DNA of 32,000 nt from Ferroglobus placidus DSM 10642 (GTDB lineage: Archaea; Halobacteriota; Archaeoglobi; Archaeoglobales; Archaeoglobaceae), in the NCBI RefSeq assembly GCF_000025505.1, contig NC_013849.1, positions 270,001 through 302,000 on the forward strand, given 5' to 3'. Both the position numbers and the translations under genes were made by a program. The notes below the pieces were generated by a model, which did not search any database, was not told where the DNA came from, and saw only the letters and a list, made by a program, of their open reading frames with translations. Positions within the stretch are counted from its first letter, which is position 1, and each line of letters opens with the position of its first letter. Shown here piece by piece: positions 18,162-24,907 of this stretch.

Positions 18162-19253
18162 TCAGGTTGTGTTTCTGACTTTTAAGCATTCCACATCAGC
18201 TCCGAAAACGTCTTTGCTGAACTCGTAGGCAAAAACTCTGCACCCTCCCCTGCAAATCATGTATTTCTCGCATCCGAGACATTCCTTTACCTCGTACCTT
18301 CTGAAAGAATCCATGCACCTCCAAATTTCTCCTATCCTTTCGTAATCGCCGAGTTCTACGTTCAGAAAGCTGCACGGCAGAACTTTTCCGTCGGATTTCA
18401 CCGCTATGCTAGATATTCCGCAGTCACACCCCTGCATTCCTGCGAGAACGTTTTCGTCCAAACTAAGAAATGGCATGAATGCGCAGTCAACTCTCAGGAG
18501 AACGTCGTAATCGAGAAGAGATCGAAGAATCCCGTCTATTCTTTTAAGCTGATGGCTGCTTAGCCTTACCTCTTCGTAATTCTTAGCCCCTCTTCCGGCA
18601 GGTTTTACTCTTATGAGCATAACCTCACCGACATTCAAGTCTTCCGCAAGCTGAAGAATCTCGTGAAGCTTGTCGAAGTTGTGTCTGCTAACAACCGTGT
18701 TTATCCCAACATTGTAGCTTTCCGAGAGCTCTTTTATAGCTTTAACTGCTCTTTCGAACCCGTCGCACCCTCTCGCCCTCAGATAAGTTTCCCTCTCGGC
18801 TCCGTCGAGGGAGACGTTTATCTGTCCGAAGAAGTCAAGCTTCTCGATTCTATCGACAAAAAATCCGTTTGTCGTTACGTTCGGGACGATTCCGAGATCG
18901 TAGGCATGACTAGCAATATCAACAAAATCGTCCCTCGCAAACGGCTCCCCTCCGCCAAATGCGACTTGGAACACGTTCATCTCGGCAAGTATTTCCATGA
19001 GCCTCATCATATCTTTTGTTCTCATTTCCGCCTTTCTGTCAACGGCGTAGCAGTACCTGCATTTTAACGGACACTTCTTCGTTACCTCAACGTGTATGAC
19101 TTCCGGAGCGGAGAGATGATCGAAATCCGGAAAATCCTCGTATCCGAGGCTCTTCATGTATTCTCTGTCAACGTAAAGAGTGGTTCTGTGATCCGGGTCG
19201 AATATTATTCCGCCGAAGCTTTCAGCTCTTATCTTCACCCTCCTCACTTCCAA
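18162..19253 (-). CDS. Radical SAM enzyme with a complete SPASM domain (peptide/protein-modifying type)
   Basis: 363 aa. The CX3CX2C motif is VTKKCPLKCRYCYA. The C-terminus, CDCGISSIAVKSDGKVLPC ... CLGCEKYMICRGGC ... ECLK, gives GX4C then CX2CX5CX3C then C, the 7-Cys SPASM pattern. The N-terminal RAESFGGIIFDP segment resembles SPASM maturases. TTG start in the track. Confidence 0.9.
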   Translation of the reverse strand: MEVRRVKIRAESFGGIIFDPDHRTTLYVDREYMKSLGYEDFPDFDHLSAPEVIHVEVTKKCPLKCRYCYAVDRKAEMRTKDMMRLMEILAEMNVFQVAFGGGEPFARDDFVDIASHAYDLGIVPNVTTNGFFVDRIEKLDFFGQINVSLDGAERETYLRARGCDGFERAVKAIKELSESYNVGINTVVSRHNFDKLHEILQLAEDLNVGEVMLIRVKPAGRGAKNYEEVRLSSHQLKRIDGILRSLLDYDVLLRVDCAFMPFLSLDENVLAGMQGCDCGISSIAVKSDGKVLPCSFLNVELGDYERIGEIWRCMDSFRRYEVKECLGCEKYMICRGGCRVFAYEFSKDVFGADVECLKVRNTT

Positions 19254-19395
19254 TCACTCCGAGTCTTGCGAGTGCGTAAATATATCCTGCAGCTATCACC
19301 GCAGCCACAGTTACCGCGACGGGATACGTGAGAATGAATCCGAATCCGCTCGAACAGTCTGGAATGTAGCCGAATTTGACTTTGTATACTTTCAT
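19222..19395 (-). CDS. Unannotated 57-aa ORF (single-TM peptide) between the membrane protein and the radical SAM gene
   Basis: My translation: MKVYKVKFGYIPDCSSGFGFILTYPVAVTVAAVIAAGYIYALARLGVIGSEEGEDKS. The ATG at 19395 forms an ATGA overlap with the stop of ORF 19392..20027. The 3' end overlaps the radical SAM start by 32 nt. It is below the 60-aa track threshold. Confidence 0.45.
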   Translation of the reverse strand: MKVYKVKFGYIPDCSSGFGFILTYPVAVTVAAVIAAGYIYALARLGVIGSEEGEDKS

Positions 19396-20027
19396 CTTCC
19401 AACCCTCCAGATTATGGCTGCCAGAACTGCGAGAGTTGTGGAGTAAATTATGGCGTTGGTAATAAGAAATCCGGCTCTGCTGAAAAATGGAAGCATGAGG
19501 ATGGTTGAGACGAGGTAAGCTATGAAAATAACCGGAATTAACGCTGAATTTCTTCTCGGGTTAACTCTCGCGTACGCAAACCCAACGATCCATGGTGGAG
19601 AAGTCCAGAGGTAGAATTGAAGAAATTCCTCGGCTCTCATTCCAATATCGAAGTATTCTGACCAGTTTTCTGGAGGTGGCGGAGTGTAGAGGTGAAGAAA
19701 AGCTGTAAACGCTGCTGCAGTTATAATAACGGGAACGGGAAAGAAAGGGATTCCCCTCGTCCTGAATGCCGAGTAAAGCAAAGGCAAGAAGATTCCTGCA
19801 GCGATCGAGATTGCCGTGGAAAATAGAACGTCTTTAAAGCTCAGAATTACGGTCAGCTCTATCCAGAACGGGACTATCGCTCCGTAAATGCTCCACTTAG
19901 CCACATCCATTCTGCTGACTTCGCTTTGCTTAGCTTCCCAACCAAAATTCCTGCTCAAAAAGTTAAATGTGTAAAGACTCACGCCAGCGAATGCTAGCAT
20001 CGGAAGAAGAAAGTTCGCGATGCTCAT
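19392..20027 (-). CDS. Polytopic membrane protein (211 aa), unknown family
   Basis: About 6 hydrophobic helices. 4-nt overlap with the upstream LolA-like gene. Confidence 0.7.
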   Translation of the reverse strand: MSIANFLLPMLAFAGVSLYTFNFLSRNFGWEAKQSEVSRMDVAKWSIYGAIVPFWIELTVILSFKDVLFSTAISIAAGIFLPLLYSAFRTRGIPFFPVPVIITAAAFTAFLHLYTPPPPENWSEYFDIGMRAEEFLQFYLWTSPPWIVGFAYARVNPRRNSALIPVIFIAYLVSTILMLPFFSRAGFLITNAIIYSTTLAVLAAIIWRVGR

Positions 20028-20998
20028 GGCTTCATGGATTCAGCTATTTTTATCAGTTCCTCCTTTTCAAGTTGACCGCTTATCGAAATCATCACGCCGT
20101 CTTTTTTGAAAGCGAGCATTCCGTTGCCGAAAATCTCAGCGTAAACACCTTCTTCGTCTCCGATCTTAACTTTCTCGCTGTTGGATAGCTTCGGCAACTC
20201 ATCTCCGGGGCTCTCCGTGATCGTCAGAATTCTCCCCTCTTTCTCGTAGACGATGGAGATCATTTCTCCTATCACCTTGACTTCCTTAAGCTCGTATCCA
20301 GCGGTGTATTCGGGCTTGAATAACGTGAAGTTAACGTGCTTTTCAGCCTCTTCAACGCTCTCGAACTTCCGAATTCCGAAGTCCTCTTCCGTCTTCACCT
20401 TCGCCCCTTCCGGGATTTTGAACTCGAAGAGTTCGTCGCTAACTCCGGTGTTGAACTCCACATTTTTGTACTCCGTTATAATCTTTATTCCGTAGCTCTC
20501 GCTCTCTATTCTCAGCGGATACCAGAACTCCTTGTCGACCCACATCTTTGCGCTCTGATTCATTTCCTTCGACTTCAGCTCTATTACGTAGCATTCTCTT
20601 TCTGCAACTCTTTCAACTCCTAAAAGCTTTACTTCGTACATTTCAAGCATTTCTTTGACGAGCTTTCCGTAGTCTGGATTTACGGGCATTTTGCTGACGT
20701 TCATTACGAATACTTCGTTCTTTTTCTCATCGTATATCCACATCTTTTCGCCGTTTGAGACGATAAGCGTCCCGGCTTTTTCATTTCTCATCCAAATTTT
20801 GTTCGGCTTCTTGAAGACGTATTCGTACTCCATCGTGATGTTTCCGCTTTCGCCAATCATCGTGTAGCTAATTTTCCCTTTGAAGTCGTTTACGGAGTCG
20901 TACTTCTCCTCTAATTTCTTCGCAATCTCTTCCGCACTCATCTGCGTGCACGCTGATACAAAAACGAGAGTCGCAAGGATTACGAAAATTTTTCTCAT
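20024..20998 (-). CDS. LolA-like fold lipoprotein with a DUF4367-like C-terminal domain
   Basis: I chose the start MRKIFVILATLVFVSAC (signal peptide plus lipobox VSAC). DFKGKISYTMIGESGNITMEYEYVFKKPNKIWMRNEKAGTLIVSNGEKMWIYDEKKNEV matches the LolA/COG2834 pattern. A TATA box lies 22 nt upstream of this ATG, so the track's 27 extra N-terminal residues are unlikely. Confidence 0.75.
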   Translation of the reverse strand: MRKIFVILATLVFVSACTQMSAEEIAKKLEEKYDSVNDFKGKISYTMIGESGNITMEYEYVFKKPNKIWMRNEKAGTLIVSNGEKMWIYDEKKNEVFVMNVSKMPVNPDYGKLVKEMLEMYEVKLLGVERVAERECYVIELKSKEMNQSAKMWVDKEFWYPLRIESESYGIKIITEYKNVEFNTGVSDELFEFKIPEGAKVKTEEDFGIRKFESVEEAEKHVNFTLFKPEYTAGYELKEVKVIGEMISIVYEKEGRILTITESPGDELPKLSNSEKVKIGDEEGVYAEIFGNGMLAFKKDGVMISISGQLEKEELIKIAESMKP

Positions 20999-21019
20999 GA
21001 TTTTTGGAGTTTTCAAAAA

Positions 21020-21027
21020 TATATAAA
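21020..21027 (-). promoter_or_regulatory. BRE/TATA promoter (GGAAAAG TTTATATA) of the LolA-like/radical SAM operon
   Basis: The minus strand reads GGAAAAGTTTATATATTTTTGAAAACTCCAAAAATCATG. The TATA ends 22 nt before the ATG at 20998, which implies a leaderless transcript. Confidence 0.5.
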
Positions 21028-21088
21028 CTTTTCCATTTTTTAACAAATCGCTGTTAAATGTGATGGCATGGTGTAGCACCTTGTGTTA

Positions 21089-21574
21089 TTAATGGATTTG
21101 GAAACTCCTATTTTTTACAACAAGGTTGTTGAAGGTGTTTAGGAACATGTAAAGGCTCACCACAAGGCAAACTTCCAAAGCCTCGTCTTCGTCGAAGAAC
21201 CTGAGAAGTTTTTCGAGCGAAGAATCGACCTTACCCCTGTTTAAAACAGCTTTCTCTACGAACTCCAGCAAAACTTTTTCTCTTTCGTCTTCAGCATCCT
21301 CTCTTCCACCGAGAGCTTCAAGCTTTCTTTTGTGGCTAACGTAGCAGGGGTTGCAGTCGTTTACTTCAGAAACTTTAAGGGCGATTTTCTCTTTCAAAAC
21401 TCTCTCGACTCTTCCCTTTTTCATTATTTCGTCTCTGAACTCAACAAACTTGAAAAGCAAATCCGGAAACCTTGCAAGAACTCTGTAAGCTGTTGGTATC
21501 TTGCTGCCAAATCTGTCTTTGAGGAAGCGTAGAAGCTCTGCCGGAAGTTCTTCGTCGCTTAACGGACGAACCAT
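21089..21574 (-). CDS. Carboxymuconolactone decarboxylase / AhpD-like family protein
   Basis: 161 aa. IALKVSEVNDCNPCYVSHKRKLEALG carries the CxxC...H core of the AhpD/CMD family. Confidence 0.75.
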   Translation of the reverse strand: MVRPLSDEELPAELLRFLKDRFGSKIPTAYRVLARFPDLLFKFVEFRDEIMKKGRVERVLKEKIALKVSEVNDCNPCYVSHKRKLEALGGREDAEDEREKVLLEFVEKAVLNRGKVDSSLEKLLRFFDEDEALEVCLVVSLYMFLNTFNNLVVKNRSFQIH

Positions 21575-22015
21575 GCATTGAATAAACGCTAATCTTTATT
21601 AAAACTTTCTCTTTGCAGTAGAGATCGTTAAATTAGATCGAACTTTAAAACGTCTGAAAAGAAAAAAGTAGTTAAAATAGACGAGAAAGCTGAAACGTGA
21701 AAATAGAAGGCGAAAATTATTTACTTCAAAATTACTCGATGAGCGTATGATTCCGTGGGTAGCGCTCCAGATGTTTGCCCTTTTAAACAGCGTTGTATTC
21801 CTCGCAGTTCCGGTTTACTGCCTGCACGTCTACCCGACAAGGAGAACCAGTGGTGCGTTAAGTAATAGCTGTCGGCTTCACCCTGGCGTTCGCAATCCGA
21901 TTTTTCTCACCAGCAATTCTCAGCAGATTTCTGAGTTTCGAGAGTTTTCAAGTTGCGATCATGTCAGTCTCTCTGATCGGAAACGCTGTTCTGGCGATCT
22001 CACTTATCTACGGCC

Positions 22016-22081
22016 TCAGCTTGACCTTTGGAGAGGTTTGAAGACACCTTTCTCGTACACGGCTTCGATTGCCTTTTTCAT
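22016..22081 (-). pseudogene. Truncated DUF104 (AF2212-like) antitoxin remnant
   Basis: MKKAIEAVYEKGVFKPLQRSS*. The first 18 aa match the IEAVYENGVFKPL signature I recall for this Archaeoglobus-rich family. The expected continuation (KVKLR...) is only readable after a frameshift. I found no intact PIN partner downstream. Confidence 0.45.
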
Positions 22082-22352
22082 GTCTTTAAATCTTCAAATA
22101 TCTTTTGTCGAATTTAACATCGCTTTGGCTATTTTCAGCGTCACGTTCGTTTCTATCCACGCCGCTATCACGATTAAGATGATTGAGATCAGAGCAATAA
22201 TTAAGATTTTTAGCAAACCCTCTTCAGGCAACGCAATCCTTTGGCTCAAAACGCACGAGTTTCAGCAAATAGTGTGAAAGAATCGCCAGCAACACTAACA
22301 TAAAGATTGCGAGAAGGACTTGCGAATAGCGTTTTCTCCATTTATTGCGTAA

Positions 22353-22586
22353 TCAGTAACCATGGCTGAAACAGGCGGTACCAAAAATGTTACTCTGTAC
22401 CTTTAAGCTGGGGCTCAAGTTTTTGGAGGCGAGATATGCCAGAAAAGTGACAAGTGAAACTCGTGAAATTTCCAGCAGCCTCAACAGTGACTCATGAGTT
22501 GGACTCAGGAGGTAAAAACTACCAAAAAGAAGATAATTAAAGAAGATAATTCCTGAAACAATCTTGATTTTAGCTTTGATTTTCAT
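22353..22586 (-). CDS. Small membrane protein (77 aa)
   Basis: Strong SD AAGGTGGTGAG directly upstream of the ATG. Hydrophobic N-terminal half IVSGIIFFNYLLFGSFYLL. Confidence 0.55.
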   Translation of the reverse strand: MKIKAKIKIVSGIIFFNYLLFGSFYLLSPTHESLLRLLEISRVSLVTFLAYLASKNLSPSLKVQSNIFGTACFSHGY

Positions 22587-22636
22587 CTCACCACCTTAAA
22601 AATTTGGTAAAAAATAGTATTAAAGCTTAGCATTCA

Positions 22637-22738
22637 CTAGGAGCATTGCTGACCGCAGCTCCATTCACACTGACCCGATGCTACACAAAAACACCCTGCA
22701 GCCAAAATACAAGCTCCCCAAGTGATTGGCGCGAACAT
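22637..22738 (-). CDS. Unannotated 33-aa Cys-rich mini-ORF (6 Cys)
   Basis: My translation: MFAPITWGACILAAGCFCVASGQCEWSCGQQCS. The ATG overlaps the stop of the upstream mini-ORF as TGATG. T6 and T5 runs follow within 45 nt on the coding strand. No SD, and no homology that I can assert. Confidence 0.3.
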   Translation of the reverse strand: MFAPITWGACILAAGCFCVASGQCEWSCGQQCS

Positions 22739-22824
22739 CAAACAGGTTTCAAGTAATTGTCAGCATATCTCGCAAACACACCACTGGTTGGCACGCCTGG
22801 TACTGGTGTACACTCTTGAGCCAT
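22738..22824 (-). CDS. Unannotated 28-aa mini-ORF upstream of the Cys-rich ORF
   Basis: My translation: MAQECTPVPGVPTSGVFARYADNYLKPV. TGATG junction with the next ORF. The two could instead be a single frameshifted reading frame of about 61 aa. Confidence 0.2.
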   Translation of the reverse strand: MAQECTPVPGVPTSGVFARYADNYLKPV

Positions 22825-22896
22825 GCATTGTGCCCGGGAGAATCAATAGCAACTCCAGTAACTATCGTCTATAACAGCCCTGTCAACTTAACCACC

Positions 22897-22920
22897 TCAT
22901 GTTGTTGTAGTACAACATGA
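22897..22920. repeat. Hairpin with 9-bp stem TCATGTTGT / ACAACATGA and a 6-nt loop
   Basis: Exact reverse-complement arms at 22897-22905 and 22912-22920, 73 nt upstream (minus-strand sense) of the mini-ORF pair. Confidence 0.6.
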
Positions 22921-23027
22921 ACAGCTTACAGAATAAATTCCAGTTCTTTATGGGATTTTTAGCTGTGATTGAGCAGAAGAACAGCTTAACTCTCTGATTA
23001 AACGAGCTGAAAACTGCTTCGACCGAG

Positions 23028-23385
23028 CTACGCTTCCCGAAAGGTTTCTTGCTCGAATTCTAAGCCCAAGCTCTCAACAGCTCTTTTCAACCAAGGAGCT
23101 CTGTCTACGACAAATTTTGGTTCGTTCTCGCAGTAATTCAGAACTTCTCTGACGAAAGACCTTGCAGTAATAATGTTTCTCGTCGTGTTCTTCTCAGTAG
23201 AAATCAGCAGTTTTTTAAACTTCTCTTTATCAATTTCCACACAGCTGTATGGGAGACCGGACGAAAAGGATCTTAGCCGTTCTCCTCGTCGAAGAAGTTT
23301 GAATGTAAGTCACTATGCCAAGAATTCTACGTCGGAACTCTCTCTCAAACAACTCAAGCTCCTCTATAAGCTTCTTCAACTTCAT
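23028..23385 (-). mobile_element. Decayed DDE transposase gene (IS6-like as I recall the family): N-terminal HTH ORF plus a frameshifted, internally deleted C-terminal fragment
   Basis: A 51-aa ORF at 23230..23385 (MKLKKLIEELELFEREFRRRILGIVTYIQTSSTRRTAKILFVRSPIQLCGN) has an HTH-like TSSTRRTAKIL. It overlaps, in another frame, the 70-aa ORF at 23028..23240, whose ARSFVREVLNYCENEPKFVVDRAPWLKRAVESLGLEFEQETF resembles the C-terminal part of archaeal IS transposases. The central catalytic part is missing and no terminal inverted repeats were identified. Confidence 0.5.
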
Positions 23386-23426
23386 AAAAATCGCTGAATA
23401 ATATTTAATAATATTCTATGGAAATG

Positions 23427-23437
23427 TTTATAAAAAA
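23427..23437 (+). promoter_or_regulatory. Candidate TATA box (TTTATAAAAAA) for the 166-aa exported protein gene
   Basis: Centre about 24-26 nt upstream of the ATG at 23455. Leaderless geometry. Confidence 0.45.
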
Positions 23438-23454
23438 TACTTCCTACTAAGATC

Positions 23455-23955
23455 ATGAACGTGAAAACTGCAACGATGATTTTCTTCGTCTTCCTGTTGA
23501 TAGCTGCACTGTTTTTTCGGACGCATTCTGTAAAAAATGGCAACGAATTTCGCCCTCTTACGGAGGAAGAGATCAAGAAACTTGTTGAGGGAAGAAAGCT
23601 GGACGTCATTGCAGTAAAGGACATTGGAAACCAGACTGTTGTTTTATACAGAACGTCCGGCGGGGGAGGGTATCTGATTCTTTCTGTAAGCAGCGGTAGA
23701 CTTGTAGAATCCGAAGCCACGTGGACGTCATCGGGAAATGTATCGGTCAGTACGCACAGAACAGGAACCCCTTTTATTGCTCTGATCCTCAACAACAGCG
23801 GTTTCAGAGAGGTGATTGTAAAGTGCGGCAACTTCTCGAAAACTTACAATGTGACTGAAGTAGGGCTGATAATCCCGGTTGACTTAAATGCGCGGCTATG
23901 CGAACTCTCTCCGCTGCAAAGAGATGGCAGGATTTTAGTTTACAGACTGAGCTGA
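23455..23955 (+). CDS. Exported or membrane-anchored hypothetical protein (166 aa)
   Basis: N-terminal signal/anchor MIFFVFLLIAALFF. Promoter geometry as above. The antisense ORF 23382..23831 has an atypical S/T/P-rich composition. Confidence 0.6.
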   Translation: MNVKTATMIFFVFLLIAALFFRTHSVKNGNEFRPLTEEEIKKLVEGRKLDVIAVKDIGNQTVVLYRTSGGGGYLILSVSSGRLVESEATWTSSGNVSVSTHRTGTPFIALILNNSGFREVIVKCGNFSKTYNVTEVGLIIPVDLNARLCELSPLQRDGRILVYRLS

Positions 23956-24000
23956 GAGGTTTCGAGCTGATGCATGCAAATGCTTCGCAATTTGCGGGGT

Positions 24001-24459
24001 TTATTTAGTCACTCTGAGGTTTATCAAAAACAGCATTAGAAGGCTCAGAATAAAAAAAGTTACTGCGACGACGAGCGCGTACTTGACAAAGAACGACAAG
24101 CTGAACTCCCGATGCTTCTGAAAGCCAACGATTTTGCCAAGGATGAAAATCAGAAGAGTAGCGAAAACAAAAGTTACCAAGAAGAACGCTTGCTTCGATG
24201 AAAGAAGCGATCTTCCGTAGAACAGGTGATCGAGAACTGTGACAGTCAAGAACAGCAGGATAAAAACGAAAATGACAGCTCTGTTCTTCTCGATACCGTA
24301 TCTCTCAGCAACTATAAGCATCACGAGAGCGAGAATTAAAATCAATCCAATTTTTAACGAGCTGAAAAGAGCGATTTCCACATCTCTATAAGCTGCGAAG
24401 CTTAGCAGGAAGTAAAGCGACAGTACTGCAAGCAGGATTTTTACCTCTCTGATCACCAT
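24001..24459 (-). CDS. Polytopic membrane protein (152 aa from the chosen ATG)
   Basis: 4-5 hydrophobic helices. AAATTTATTTAA (minus strand, 24478-24489) is centred about 25 nt upstream of the ATG at 24459, which favours this start over the TTG at 24471. Confidence 0.65.
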   Translation of the reverse strand: MVIREVKILLAVLSLYFLLSFAAYRDVEIALFSSLKIGLILILALVMLIVAERYGIEKNRAVIFVFILLFLTVTVLDHLFYGRSLLSSKQAFFLVTFVFATLLIFILGKIVGFQKHREFSLSFFVKYALVVAVTFFILSLLMLFLINLRVTK

Positions 24460-24493
24460 AACTTGCTTCAAAAACCCTTAAATAAATTTTTTG

Positions 24494-24766
24494 TTACGAT
24501 TTTGCGATCTTCGAGTTCTGCTGACCGAAGGAATGGCGAAGTCTTTGAATTGGTTCGTATCGTTTCACATCTCCTGCTACAATGTGAGCTTCTTCGCTCT
24601 CGCTCACGTAGATGTTCGAAGCGTCGTAAACCTCTTTGAAGTGCAAACCCATCACGAAACCTCTCTCAGCAACGACGAAGGCTATCTTCTATCCACTTCC
24701 GACGAACGTAAGCCCAGTAAAAAGCTCTGGAAAATTCCCCTCAGCAAGCTCGACTTTCTCAAAAAT
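24494..24766 (-). pseudogene. Possible gene remnant with an in-frame TAG
   Basis: The minus-strand frame reads IFEKVELAEGNFPELFTGLTFVGSG*KIAFVVAERGFVMGLHFKEVYDASNIYVSESEEAHIVAGDVKRYEPIQRLRHSFGQQNSKIAKS. The composition is protein-like, unlike the + strand track ORF. There is no start codon before the TAG (24689-24691), and I do not recognise the family. Confidence 0.25.
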
Positions 24767-24907
24767 TCAACCCTCTCAAAAGCTCTTCAGCATCTGTAAA
24801 AGTTTAAAGGTTTTTCGAGAGCTCTAAGTTTTTTGAGCTTGAGCGAATTCGTGAAAAGGGACGTCGAACTCCTGAACCCATTCCGAGTGCATGCCATTCT
24901 CGCAAAT

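Noticed and set aside
21747-22277. 176-aa + strand ORF
   Set aside because: It has an S/C/R/L-rich, K/E-poor composition unlike all confident proteins here, and no promoter or SD. It is antisense to the DUF104 remnant and other small minus-strand frames.
22726-22920. 64-aa + strand ORF ending in SCCCSTT
   Set aside because: It has a TTG start without an SD and an atypical composition. It is antisense to the mini-ORF pair, and its Cys-rich end is produced by the hairpin sequence at 22897-22920.
22919-22988. 10-nt direct repeat GAACAGCTTA at 22919 and 22979
   Set aside because: My rough estimate is that a 10-mer repeated within 60 nt is expected by chance about once or twice in 32 kb. There is no associated element boundary.
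23382-23831. 149-aa minus-strand ORF antisense to 23455..23955
   Set aside because: It has an S/T/P-rich composition and no promoter. The + strand ORF has a signal peptide and a correctly spaced TATA box.
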